36,813 nucleotides of DNA. It comes from a virus (lineage: Duplodnaviria; Caudoviricetes). Position numbers and translations under genes: made by a program. Every line of letters starts with the position of its first letter. The first letter of the stretch is position 1. The notes beneath the pieces are model-generated. The model was not told the origin of the DNA. It searched no databases and saw only the letters and a list, made by a program, of their open reading frames with translations. This document shows positions 8,295-18,169 of this stretch, one piece after another. The stretch spans positions 1 to 36,813 of the IMG/VR virus record IMGVR_UViG_3300016484_000181. One strand, given 5' to 3'.

Positions 8295-11137
8295 TAACAA
8301 TTTTTAGTAGTACCAGTCCACTCTAAACCATCCCACTCATAAGCAATGCTTCCAGTTGCTAATTTATAAAAATTTGATGGAGCAAGATCCGTAGCAAATA
8401 TACTGTCATATATGTTGTTTCCTGGAACTCCAATTGGTCCATCAATATAGAACGTTACAACTGGTGAAGAGCAAACCTCAGTAGATGACCCAAAATTCAT
8501 TAGTGATGCATATATTGGCTTAGTTGTAGTTGTGGTAGTTGTAGTTGTGGTAGTTGTCGTTGTAGTTGTAGTTGTAGTTGTAGTTGTAGTTGTACCAGTA
8601 CAGCTTGAGCAGTTATCAAATAAAAACAATATGTTTGCATCTTGAGTTCCTGGAGTTGTTGTAGTAAGTATCTCGTAGCAAATACCATCGTCACATCTAA
8701 CTATTGATCCTGCTGTTAACTCTGATGGATTTTGATGTGCCAACAAGTACGTAGGACCAGGTGATGAACATATTTGAGCATCATAATAAAACGTAGGTAT
8801 TGTAGTAGTAGTTGTTGTAGTTGTAACAACGCTACAAGGATTTATGTGTAATACTTGTCCAGTATTTGCAATCTGTATGGCATAGTTATATAAACTATCT
8901 GTGGCATAATACCAAAAGAACTCACCATTAAATCTATTTGTACATAATGCATCTGAGTATACAAAATCACCAACAAGAGGCATTGAATATAATCCAAAGA
9001 AGTAATAAGTAGATACAGCTGCCCCCATATAACAAGCAACATAGTCACTTGTAAACTGAGTCACATCATCCATATTAAAACTAGCTATTGGAGGAAGTGT
9101 CGTTGTTGTAGTACTAGTCGTAGTAGTAGTTGTACCAGTACACGTTGAACAGTCAGCATAAATAACTACAGGATTCTCAATATAGAAGTACGGAAATCCA
9201 CCAGGAGATGCCGAGTCTATCTCCCAACAATTACCATCTTGAGTTTTAACTACGTCACCACTTGATATTGCAGCACTTGTTATGTCTAATAATATAGCTG
9301 TTGTACTATTGTCAATGCATGATACAGCGTAATAATATGAACCAACAACTGGTATTGTTGTCGTACTTGTTGTACTAGTAGTTGTAGTACTACCAGCACA
9401 TACTGAGTAGTCAACAACATAACCATCGTTATCTATTCTAATAACATAATCAGACTTATCTATAAAATACCAGAAATTACCTCCATTAAAGTATTCTTCA
9501 GCATTCTGATCTCTGTATATTCTGTCTCTAAGTGTAGGAACATTATTGCTTCCGTCTGAGTATAATATAGAAAAAGTTGGAGTTATACTACAACAATCTA
9601 AAGATGTCTCCTTATATTGCTCTATATCTACTGAGAATGGTATTAATCCTCCTTCAGATACAAACACATTTATAGTGTATGGGTCACTAGTTCCAAAACA
9701 ATTTGTGGCTGTAACATTAAACGAGAAATTTTTTATATCTAGTGCCGAACCAGAAAGAACCCCATTAGATCCTAAAGATAAACCTGGAGCAAGAGATATG
9801 TCATTACACTGACCAGATACAATATAAGTTCCATCTCCATTTATAATGATAGGTGAAATAGATGCACACACAGTTACTTCTTGACTTGAACTTACAGTTA
9901 TATATCTATTATTTCCATTGCAGTCTAAATAGCTAAACAATGTAGATTTTGAGCCTCCATTAAGTACATAATTATAACAAGTACCAACCAAAGTAAATGA
10001 TGTTGGATTACCTAAAGATGCAAGAGATATGCTGACGTCTTCATTAACTGTTATATATATATCTCCTTGTGTTATTATAGGAACAGCTGTTTCTGGGCAA
10101 TTGCACGTATCTATTAAATTGACAACTCCATCTTGATCTACAAGAACGTATGACTTGTCTATAGGACTAGGAACCATACACATTACTATGTCTATCATGT
10201 GATATGAATCATTACCATTGTACCTACTTGATCCAGATATGTCATTGTATATTATATCTCCAAACTGAGGCGTTAGATTAAAACCATCATGCCAAAGAGT
10301 TGTTGTAGGACACTGAGAGCATACATTTGAAAGAGTTCCGTCTGTTGTATCTAAATAAAACATTGTAAGGAATGGATCAACCTTATTTATAATCCAAGTA
10401 GATGCAGGTATTGGTGAGGATACTATGATTTCAGCAGTATCAATAGATGCGTCATTCTTCTTAAATCTTAATGCTCCATTTCCATTATTTACAAGTCCAT
10501 CATACGGAAAAACTAAGTTGATATCATCTGGACTAACTCCAGCAGCAATTAAATCATTATAATTTGATAAGCTATTAAGTCCTACGTATCCAGAGTCTGC
10601 AACAATAGATCCGTTCCATTTTACTTGAAATCTTGTCGGAGCGTCGATAGAATTATAATTAATCCCAGCGACACCAATACCAGCTCCAATAGTCCAGTTA
10701 ATAATCCTTTCATCTGTAGTCCCAATGTATGATATGTTTGTTGATCCGTCAATTGTGTCGTTATAATCCCAAAATAAGTATAGGTATGGAAAGTCGTTTG
10801 GATTGCTAAACACAAATGTACCAGTAAACTCTCCAGATGAATATATTACTGGTATCTCAATTGAGTCTGCCTTAATTATATCTTTATCTTCTGGACCATA
10901 CAAAACATCAGACACATAGTAATAAAGCTTATTGTTTAATGTTGGAGATAACTCTTTAAATGTACCAGTAGTATCACCTGCTTTTACGGTAACAGTAGAT
11001 CCGTTATATGGCATATAGTCAACACCTCCAACACCAGTTAGTTGATCAAATATTGCAATATTGTTATTACTAATAACAACATTATCTATATCATAGACGT
11101 TACTACCAGTGTACTCAAAAGATTGTTTTGTCATCAT
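8294..11137 (-). CDS. Virion surface/tail-associated protein with repeated Cys-rich beta domains and poly-Thr linkers (947 aa)
   Basis: Beta-rich with an Ig-like segment (LAPGLSLGSNGVLSG..FSFNVTATN), four Thr tracts and many paired Cys. Lies inside the tail module. Confidence 0.7.
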   Translation of the reverse strand: MMTKQSFEYTGSNVYDIDNVVISNNNIAIFDQLTGVGGVDYMPYNGSTVTVKAGDTTGTFKELSPTLNNKLYYYVSDVLYGPEDKDIIKADSIEIPVIYSSGEFTGTFVFSNPNDFPYLYLFWDYNDTIDGSTNISYIGTTDERIINWTIGAGIGVAGINYNSIDAPTRFQVKWNGSIVADSGYVGLNSLSNYNDLIAAGVSPDDINLVFPYDGLVNNGNGALRFKKNDASIDTAEIIVSSPIPASTWIINKVDPFLTMFYLDTTDGTLSNVCSQCPTTTLWHDGFNLTPQFGDIIYNDISGSSRYNGNDSYHMIDIVMCMVPSPIDKSYVLVDQDGVVNLIDTCNCPETAVPIITQGDIYITVNEDVSISLASLGNPTSFTLVGTCYNYVLNGGSKSTLFSYLDCNGNNRYITVSSSQEVTVCASISPIIINGDGTYIVSGQCNDISLAPGLSLGSNGVLSGSALDIKNFSFNVTATNCFGTSDPYTINVFVSEGGLIPFSVDIEQYKETSLDCCSITPTFSILYSDGSNNVPTLRDRIYRDQNAEEYFNGGNFWYFIDKSDYVIRIDNDGYVVDYSVCAGSTTTTSTTSTTTIPVVGSYYYAVSCIDNSTTAILLDITSAAISSGDVVKTQDGNCWEIDSASPGGFPYFYIENPVVIYADCSTCTGTTTTTTSTTTTTLPPIASFNMDDVTQFTSDYVACYMGAAVSTYYFFGLYSMPLVGDFVYSDALCTNRFNGEFFWYYATDSLYNYAIQIANTGQVLHINPCSVVTTTTTTTTIPTFYYDAQICSSPGPTYLLAHQNPSELTAGSIVRCDDGICYEILTTTTPGTQDANILFLFDNCSSCTGTTTTTTTTTTTTTTTTTTTTTTTTKPIYASLMNFGSSTEVCSSPVVTFYIDGPIGVPGNNIYDSIFATDLAPSNFYKLATGSIAYEWDGLEWTGTTKNC
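8522..8593 (-). repeat. (ACAACT)n-based tandem repeat encoding 24 consecutive Thr
   Basis: Codons counted directly. Shorter Thr/Ser tracts at 8801-8824, 9098-9133 and 9356-9391. Confidence 0.95.
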
Positions 11138-11142
11138 AATTT

Positions 11143-14100
11143 TTATCCGTTTACCATTGGTATAATAACTGAAGGAGAACTTACACCACCTTGTGTTAAT
11201 AAGAAATCTTTAAATAAATTTCCACAATAACTTACTCTAAATATTACACTTCTAGGTGTAAGACTTGGATTAGAGGCATAAGAAGCATATATAAACTGAG
11301 AATATGAACCATTTATTGTCTGACAGTTTACCCAATTTGTTCCAAATCCATTATCTATAATATTTATTGTCCATGATGGTGACAAACTATTTACTGAAAA
11401 CATAAATGCTGGTCCAATAAAAGCGCTTGAACTAACACTTCTAATAGATGGAGATATATTTAAATCACAATATTGTTTTTGTCTATCAGACAAACTAATT
11501 ACATATAAACCATTGTAAGGGTCAAATCCACCAAACTTAAAGTTATTAGGATTGTCTCTCATAGTATCTATCCAAAACGATCCCATTCCTTGAGTTGATA
11601 TAGGTATTACTTGATCACCAATTAGTTTTATTACTGATCCTCTTTTTTCATCTGCAAAATAACAAACATCTCCCCAAGTTGCAAAACTTTCTGGGTTGTC
11701 ACTTATTCCAAATTCACCAGAATAAGCTACTTGATTACCAAGAACTTCTGGTATAGATGCTATCTGACTACCTCCTACTGCATCATAAAGTAAGTTTTTA
11801 CCATATAGCACAGATGTTACCTTGTCTTGATGCAGAGTTAATAAGTCAGTATCTCTAGCTTTTAGTTTTTGAACACTACCATATCTTTTATCTAGGTTCT
11901 TAAAATTAGCCAATGATAAGTTAAACTCATTTAATCTATTAATTGATGTAGTAGCTTGAAAAACACCGCTATATGTCAAAGATGAAAACTTATGCTCTTC
12001 TTCATAGTTTTCTATTACTGATGTAACCCTTGGGCTGTAATTCATTACAGGAGCATTAAACGAATCCTTAATTCTATAAGTTTCTAATCCTGTATTATAT
12101 GTAAATGAGTTATAGTCACCATTTGGATAGTCTGGATAGTTTATTTGTATTTTTGCACCATTTGTTACAGATGTCTGATCCTGCTCATATATTGTATAAG
12201 AAACAGATCCTGGGTATGAAGGTGACACAGACATTGATGGGGTAACGTCAATTGCATATCTATTAGGTGTGCCTATTATCGTATGAGCGGTTGTAGAGGA
12301 AACACCAGTAGTATTAATGTATATAGTATCACCAACACTAAAATAGTGAGGCCATTCCTTTGTTGATTGAGTTAGTCTTGTACTACTGCTTGGACCATTA
12401 GATCTACCAGTAAAGAACCATCTTGATATGTGTTTTCCATTTTTAATTGGAAATGTTCTTGATAACTCGTGAAATATTTCTGTTTCAGTATCTAGTGGTA
12501 CTGTTTCAAAAATTATGGAATTTACTGGAAAAATTTGATTAATTGTAAAACTAACTTCAAATAGATTTTGTTTACAACCATTTTTATTTCCATAACCCAT
12601 CATAAACATTGTAATTCTTTGAGAACTAGGGTTATATGTTACTTGATTTGTAGTGTTACCATTGTTAGGTGTTATTTGAGATACTAGACCGCTTGTTTCT
12701 CTAAACCAAATTGGTTTTGATCCTTGGTTTGTGTTATTTAAATCTTTAGAAATAAATGTTGTCCATGCTCCAGATTCAACAAACCATTCCTCTATATTTT
12801 CATATGATTGAGGTGAAATGAATGTTTGAGGATTAGAATATGCATTATTATTAAACCTATCATTTAATACTCTAATTGTAATTACTGCTTGAGAAGCTAT
12901 AGGTCCAGAAAAATTACCAGATAAAACTGCCATTCCACCATTTAGACCTTCTGTAAATCCATATACACTAGAATTAGTTATTGATGATGAACCAAAATAA
13001 TTAGATCCCATTCCTACACCAACAGCTGTTGGTGCTGGTATACGAGTTCTGCCTCCTATCTTCCATTTATCTCCAACTGTAAAATTGTTACTATTAAATT
13101 GTATAAAAAACGAAGACCAATTTGCGGTAACATTTATAGGTAATCCGTTAGATTGTCCTGATCCGTATCCGTTTCCATAAAAAGAAATACCTTGAGCGTG
13201 AGTTGGTGTTTTTATATTATATACTTTACCAACTACTATAGGTATATCATTAACCTCTATCCAATTTGATACACCGAATAAATCTACGGTATAATTAAAT
13301 TTATTACCAGGTTTTATTTCTATAGTATATCTTAAGTCCTTACTATAAAAATATTTATTACTTATTATATTTCCTGGAATTGGATTATTAACTCCTGGAA
13401 CTGTATTTCCAATAAATGGCGATGTTATGTTAGTAGAAAGTGCCGTTGAATCAGAGGCAATTGAACCATAAAAAACTGGTTTTGATGTATAACCAAAAGA
13501 TGCATTAACATTAGGCCCATTGACTAATGAAGGAACTGAATTTCTTTCATTTCCTGTATTGCAATTTAATTGATTTGTAGCTTGATTTGTAGAAGTAAAA
13601 GATTGATTGGTGCTGATTGGTAGAATAGAAATTTCATTAGGCTCTATTCTTATTTTAAAATATAATCCTGCTGAGGCATTTGTTATGTTATTAAATCCAG
13701 CTTGTTTTACTTCTAATTCTAATATTTTATATTGTTTATTTGAATAAGTAGGGATAGAATTCTTACCTTTTTTTAATATCACATAATCTCCAACTGCAAA
13801 TTTATCTCGATCTGATTCATTAATTAAAAAATATCTAAATAGACCATCACATACATACAATCTTGGAAATATATTATAATAATCTTTCCTGTTTTGTTTT
13901 AATACTAACCTATAGTTTGTAGCCCATGATGGCGGATTATGATTAATTTCAACTCGTAAACTATTTGCCTTATCAGATGCAGATGGTGGTATATAAACAG
14001 CATTGCTCAATATATTACCAGCATTACTTAGAGCAGGCGTAAGAACTGTTGTCATTCTTCCGTACTCGTCAGTATACACTATTCCAACTTCATAATCTCT

Positions 14101-15258
14101 ATCACTTCTAAATGATCTCTTAGGTCTATTTCCTGATATTGATTCTGAATAATAACTAACTTTAAAATTAATATTTATATCAACATCATTTTCATTAGTT
14201 ATATTTCTAAACTGAAGATAGTTTCCATATATCAATCTATTTCCAATAATATCTTGAGCAAGTGCCTTTAATGGAACATTATCAAATAATCTAGTCAATT
14301 GATCATTAGAAAGAGTAGTAAGTATCTTATTATTTCTAAATGTAAACGAGTACGTTGTATTGTCTTGTATATTGAGTTCGTCTTTATTAAAGCTATCAAT
14401 AACCATAACGTTTAAGCTTCTGGTATCTCTAACTAAAAGTTGTATTTCTTTTACAAACTCGTTTCCAGTTTCAAAATGAATATCAATATTATTTTTTTGA
14501 TTAATCATCCCTAAATTATCACCAGTCTCGTAGTCTATAGCAAATGCTCCAGCATCAAATCCAACTGCTGAGAATGGAGACATTGAGCTATACTCATTAT
14601 CAATGTACTTGTATCTATAACTAAAGTACACAAACTTTTCTTTTAGATTTGTAGAGTCTGGATTATTACTTTGAGATAATGAGATATATGGAGCATTAAG
14701 CGGAGGAGTCATGATAACACTAATGTCATCAGCTATTGATGGATCATCAGCTGTGTACCCCTTGCATCTGTTTATGTTTATTCTTCTAGGCGGATTATAG
14801 TTATCTGTCCAAAACAAGTAGTTGTTACCGTCTTCACCTTCAATATAGTTTATACCCGTAACAACATAATTTGCATTAAAGTTTAATGGACTTCCAGGGT
14901 TTGGCTTAGAACACTGTAGAACTCTAGTTACTTGTCCTTGACCACCATTACTAGCTAAACTTAGCTCAAATATAGCGTCAAACTCATTTGCGGTTACCAG
15001 CCAATATATTAATCCCTTTGGTTCATATACAACGGCTCCTATAACAATAGGATTGGTAACATTAGGTGATGTTACTAATTGTGAAATAGCTGATGACTGT
15101 AAGTTACCATAAGCATTTTGAATTGCACCAACATCTCCAGATGCGTAACTATTTACAGTTACGTTCTGTGCAGATATATATGAGCCATTAGGCAATAACC
15201 TCTCATCGAGGTCTTGATTCATTACTCCTTTTTGAAATGTTCTACTAATGTCAGCCAT
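11143..15258 (-). CDS. Tail stabilisation/muzzle protein, main N-terminal part (1371 aa)
   Basis: FQKGVMNQDLDERLLPNGSY, LFWTDNYNPPRRIN, RLFDNVPLKALAQ..GNRLIYGNY, YSGEFGISDNPESFA and GGFDPY motifs typical of crAss-like stabilisation proteins. Follows the two ring proteins. Confidence 0.8.
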   Translation of the reverse strand: MADISRTFQKGVMNQDLDERLLPNGSYISAQNVTVNSYASGDVGAIQNAYGNLQSSAISQLVTSPNVTNPIVIGAVVYEPKGLIYWLVTANEFDAIFELSLASNGGQGQVTRVLQCSKPNPGSPLNFNANYVVTGINYIEGEDGNNYLFWTDNYNPPRRININRCKGYTADDPSIADDISVIMTPPLNAPYISLSQSNNPDSTNLKEKFVYFSYRYKYIDNEYSSMSPFSAVGFDAGAFAIDYETGDNLGMINQKNNIDIHFETGNEFVKEIQLLVRDTRSLNVMVIDSFNKDELNIQDNTTYSFTFRNNKILTTLSNDQLTRLFDNVPLKALAQDIIGNRLIYGNYLQFRNITNENDVDININFKVSYYSESISGNRPKRSFRSDRDYEVGIVYTDEYGRMTTVLTPALSNAGNILSNAVYIPPSASDKANSLRVEINHNPPSWATNYRLVLKQNRKDYYNIFPRLYVCDGLFRYFLINESDRDKFAVGDYVILKKGKNSIPTYSNKQYKILELEVKQAGFNNITNASAGLYFKIRIEPNEISILPISTNQSFTSTNQATNQLNCNTGNERNSVPSLVNGPNVNASFGYTSKPVFYGSIASDSTALSTNITSPFIGNTVPGVNNPIPGNIISNKYFYSKDLRYTIEIKPGNKFNYTVDLFGVSNWIEVNDIPIVVGKVYNIKTPTHAQGISFYGNGYGSGQSNGLPINVTANWSSFFIQFNSNNFTVGDKWKIGGRTRIPAPTAVGVGMGSNYFGSSSITNSSVYGFTEGLNGGMAVLSGNFSGPIASQAVITIRVLNDRFNNNAYSNPQTFISPQSYENIEEWFVESGAWTTFISKDLNNTNQGSKPIWFRETSGLVSQITPNNGNTTNQVTYNPSSQRITMFMMGYGNKNGCKQNLFEVSFTINQIFPVNSIIFETVPLDTETEIFHELSRTFPIKNGKHISRWFFTGRSNGPSSSTRLTQSTKEWPHYFSVGDTIYINTTGVSSTTAHTIIGTPNRYAIDVTPSMSVSPSYPGSVSYTIYEQDQTSVTNGAKIQINYPDYPNGDYNSFTYNTGLETYRIKDSFNAPVMNYSPRVTSVIENYEEEHKFSSLTYSGVFQATTSINRLNEFNLSLANFKNLDKRYGSVQKLKARDTDLLTLHQDKVTSVLYGKNLLYDAVGGSQIASIPEVLGNQVAYSGEFGISDNPESFATWGDVCYFADEKRGSVIKLIGDQVIPISTQGMGSFWIDTMRDNPNNFKFGGFDPYNGLYVISLSDRQKQYCDLNISPSIRSVSSSAFIGPAFMFSVNSLSPSWTINIIDNGFGTNWVNCQTINGSYSQFIYASYASNPSLTPRSVIFRVSYCGNLFKDFLLTQGGVSSPSVIIPMVNG

Positions 15259-15260
15259 TA

Positions 15261-16169
15261 TTATTTAATCCATTTATCTCTACCTCTAAGACTCATTAAT
15301 AGTCTAGACGGATGAATATTGCTTAATCTAATTTTTGCGTTTCTTAGGTTGGAAGACTTCTCTTTTTTAGCTCTATTTACGATATACTCTTGAACGCCTG
15401 TTTTATTGTTTAGTACAGCCCATTTTAAGTATGAATAAATATATTCCTCGGCTAACTTGTTAATACTGATCAATGCATCGTCTCCATTCTCCATTCCATC
15501 AGATATGTACTCTAAGACAATCTTTCCGTTTTCAACACCAGTACTAAAGTCAATTACACCAGCAGCTTTGTTGATTGTGAATCTAGGATTACGATTTGCA
15601 TCTTCAGTATTTAGACCAAATCTCCCTCCAATATTGTAACCAAAGTACCAGTCACCCTCGAATGACCATCCATAGTAACCATTATATGGTCCAGCACCAG
15701 TGTATAGTTGCTTGTCTTGTCTAAGTATGTCAAGTTTTGATGTACCTGTAACAACTTCTCCGTTTGAATCAAAAACAATATCTAGGTTGTTGTCTTGAAT
15801 GTATGCTGTTGCAGTAATTGCGTTTCTACTTTCAACCAAAGGAATAAGTACGTTACCCTTTAACATTGAGATACGAACATAGTTAACGTAGTCTGGAGGA
15901 AGAACCATCTTAAGTTCCTCTCCTAGCTCTAGCTCCATTACTTTAATATTTCTTAGAGCGTCATAGTTTATCTCTTGAATTGCTCTCTTAGCATGAAAGC
16001 GTATATTGTATATCTCAACATTGTTAACTAACTTATCGTTACCTACATACATCAACATAAAGTTATTGATTATGTCTTTTAATGTAACATACTGATAGCT
16101 ACCCCAATTAGCATCTTGCGGTTGAGCTCCGTTATTTGTATAGTACTGATAGTTAGTTATATATGGCAT
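15261..16169 (-). CDS. Tail ring/tubular (head-tail adaptor) protein
   Basis: LPPDYVNYVRIS and IVLEYISDG motifs, plus synteny. Confidence 0.7.
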   Translation of the reverse strand: MPYITNYQYYTNNGAQPQDANWGSYQYVTLKDIINNFMLMYVGNDKLVNNVEIYNIRFHAKRAIQEINYDALRNIKVMELELGEELKMVLPPDYVNYVRISMLKGNVLIPLVESRNAITATAYIQDNNLDIVFDSNGEVVTGTSKLDILRQDKQLYTGAGPYNGYYGWSFEGDWYFGYNIGGRFGLNTEDANRNPRFTINKAAGVIDFSTGVENGKIVLEYISDGMENGDDALISINKLAEEYIYSYLKWAVLNNKTGVQEYIVNRAKKEKSSNLRNAKIRLSNIHPSRLLMSLRGRDKWIK

Positions 16170-16172
16170 CTG

Positions 16173-16907
16173 TTATTGTGTTTGTTGTGCTGTTTGTATC
16201 TCCTCTGCTTTAGCGTCTTGAACAACTTCAGACTCTCTGATAGATAGACCAGCATATTGTAATATTTTAGAAACAAGATTAGGTAACTCCTCATATGGAA
16301 CTTCAAAATCTTGAAACTGCGCATTTGTTGGATCATATAATGGCTCACCATTTGATATTATATTATATGTCCAGTTTGGATCTTGAGGATATCTAACATA
16401 TCTAATCTGAATATTAGTGGCATTGCTTACAGAAGGAGATATCGGATTCATTAATGAATTTGGATACACAGTAACAGCTCCTGGATCAGACATAACTATA
16501 TATGCTGGATAGCTAGCCGTTGGAGCAGTTAAATTGGAATTTAAAATATTTAATATTTTAGAATGATCAGCCCTATCTACTTCAACATTATTGTTATATA
16601 TTATTTTTTCTATGTAATAGTAATGTGGAGGTAAATCCAATGTGCCAGTCAGTGGATTATAATTCATTGTTTGATATTCAGAAAATTTATCTATTATTTC
16701 TGAAACTCTTTTTGATATGTTTGAGTAACCCTCACCATGATAACGAGAATTCTGTTTGATTATAGCGTTGCTATATTCATACATATACTTTTGAAATATA
16801 TCTAACTGCGCTTGTCTAGCATATGTATTGAACTCCATAGGAGTTATATAACCCCTATTATCCTTGTTCAATATAAACATGACGTTATTGCGAACTTCGT
16901 TGATCAT
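16173..16907 (-). CDS. Tail ring/tubular protein
   Basis: LNKDNRGYITPMEFN..A..AQLDIF, YVRYPQDPNW and LVSKILQYAG motifs, plus synteny. Confidence 0.7.
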   Translation of the reverse strand: MINEVRNNVMFILNKDNRGYITPMEFNTYARQAQLDIFQKYMYEYSNAIIKQNSRYHGEGYSNISKRVSEIIDKFSEYQTMNYNPLTGTLDLPPHYYYIEKIIYNNNVEVDRADHSKILNILNSNLTAPTASYPAYIVMSDPGAVTVYPNSLMNPISPSVSNATNIQIRYVRYPQDPNWTYNIISNGEPLYDPTNAQFQDFEVPYEELPNLVSKILQYAGLSIRESEVVQDAKAEEIQTAQQTQ

Positions 16908-16921
16908 GGAAATGCTTTTTA

Positions 16922-16929
16922 CAAAGATA
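16922..16929 (-). promoter_or_regulatory. Bacteroidota -7 element TATCTTTG
   Basis: TAnnTTTG directly after a terminator and 14 nt before the ATG at 16907. Confidence 0.65.
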
Positions 16930-16932
16930 AAT

Positions 16933-16961
16933 AAAAAAAGGCACTTTGTGAGAGTGCCTTT
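16933..16961 (-). terminator. Intrinsic terminator
   Basis: Minus strand GGCACT-CTCACAA-AGTGCC followed by T7. Confidence 0.8.
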
Positions 16962-16982
16962 CTTTCAAAAAAGTAAACGCTA

Positions 16983-17303
16983 TTAAGCGATTGCTACAGA
17001 TGTAATTAATTGTTGAGTAGCACCAACCAATGGAAGTGCTGGAACAATAATAGCATCTGGATTTGAAGATGCGCTATTTGCAAGAGCCAAAGCATTAACA
17101 ACTGCATAGTGAGATGCATAAGTAGCATCAGCAGTAGTAAATGTAATGGTAATCTCATCAGCAGTAGCAACACCACCTACAGCAGTCAAAACTAATGTTG
17201 ACGTAGTAGGCATTGTGATTAAATAATCAGCATTAGCTGAAATTAATGCTTTTGGAAGTGCGTTAGCAGCTCCAATAGTAAATTGTAAAAACTTCTTGTT
17301 CAT
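16983..17303 (-). CDS. Small structural protein (possible capsid auxiliary/decoration protein)
   Basis: Ala/Thr-rich beta protein with its own promoter and terminator, near the capsid gene. Confidence 0.5.
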   Translation of the reverse strand: MNKKFLQFTIGAANALPKALISANADYLITMPTTSTLVLTAVGGVATADEITITFTTADATYASHYAVVNALALANSASSNPDAIIVPALPLVGATQQLITSVAIA

Positions 17304-17330
17304 TTTAAAACGTTTTAAAAATTAATGCTA

Positions 17331-17338
17331 CAAATATA
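17331..17338 (-). promoter_or_regulatory. Bacteroidota -7 element TATATTTG
   Basis: TAnnTTTG in the gap before the ATG at 17303. Confidence 0.65.
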
Positions 17339-18103
17339 CTAATTCTCAGAGAATTTATTTTCTAAGAACTTGTATAGGTCAACACCTTCATCAGACTGCA
17401 AGTAAGATGACAATAGATAAACAGGATCTTCACCAAATGGAACAGTAAGGAGTTTTTTCTTATTGTCCTTTAGGTTGTAAAAGATTTCTTTTTTATTGTT
17501 TCTAAATGCTAAGTATCCATCAGACAACGCTCTAGCTGCATAGCTAGTAACTTTAATTGTAGGGTCATTTACCGCTTCCATAAAGTCTTGAGGGTATCTC
17601 TTAGCATACAACATCATGTCTCTTCTAATCTCAGATACTTTCATTGTATCAACAGATCCACCAAGAAGTAATCTAGCGATTGGCTCTATCTCCTCAAAAG
17701 GCATCTCTCTTGCAATTAACTGAGCATCTAGAACATCATACATATGTTTTATTTCTTGTTGAGCGTCTTTCTCTTGATCAAATTCATAGAATTCTACTCC
17801 ATTACCAGGATGATAATGTAAGAATTCTTGTAGTACTGGATTATTTTTTGGAACAATCAATGTGCCATCTTCAAAAATAATCGGCTCAATAATAACGTTA
17901 TCACCTTGCTCATCTTGAAATGGTGAATTTGCATTTCTAGCATAACGAAGAGGTCTATTTGTATTTGTCTCTTCATCATAGTATAATAATCTTGCTCTTG
18001 GGGTATCCCTTGAAGAAAGGAAATAAGTTAATGGACTTTTACCATCTTTTAAAAGATATGTTCTATCTTTTGGTTCTAACACAGATTTTCTTGTTGTTTT
18101 CAT
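17339..18103 (-). CDS. Conserved phage protein following the major capsid gene, function unknown
   Basis: 254-aa ORF (LRYARN..SPFQDEQ, IIFEDG.L.VP, LQEFL..HP) with an AT-rich leader. Confidence 0.7.
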   Translation of the reverse strand: MKTTRKSVLEPKDRTYLLKDGKSPLTYFLSSRDTPRARLLYYDEETNTNRPLRYARNANSPFQDEQGDNVIIEPIIFEDGTLIVPKNNPVLQEFLHYHPGNGVEFYEFDQEKDAQQEIKHMYDVLDAQLIAREMPFEEIEPIARLLLGGSVDTMKVSEIRRDMMLYAKRYPQDFMEAVNDPTIKVTSYAARALSDGYLAFRNNKKEIFYNLKDNKKKLLTVPFGEDPVYLLSSYLQSDEGVDLYKFLENKFSEN

Positions 18104-18129
18104 TTGATATAATTTAATTTATTAATAAT

Positions 18130-18159
18130 AAAAAGGGAGAGGAACTAGTCCCCTCCCTT
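18130..18159 (-). terminator. Intrinsic terminator after the major capsid gene
   Basis: Minus strand GGGAGGGGA-CTAGT-TCCTCTCCC followed by T5. Confidence 0.8.
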
Positions 18160-18169
18160 AGTTTTTCAA

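Noticed and set aside
8500-8694. Alternative-frame ORF with QLQLQL repeats
   Set aside because: A by-product of reading the ACAACT poly-Thr repeat in another frame.
8522-9391. Repeats as a CRISPR array or diversity-generating retroelement
   Set aside because: They are in-frame Thr codons with no constant repeat-spacer pattern. No reverse transcriptase or template/variable repeat pair was seen.
11137-11145. Programmed frameshift or readthrough joining the 1371-aa and 947-aa ORFs
   Set aside because: A clean TAA is followed by an A-rich 5-nt gap and ATGATG. No convincing slippery heptamer, so independent initiation is simpler.
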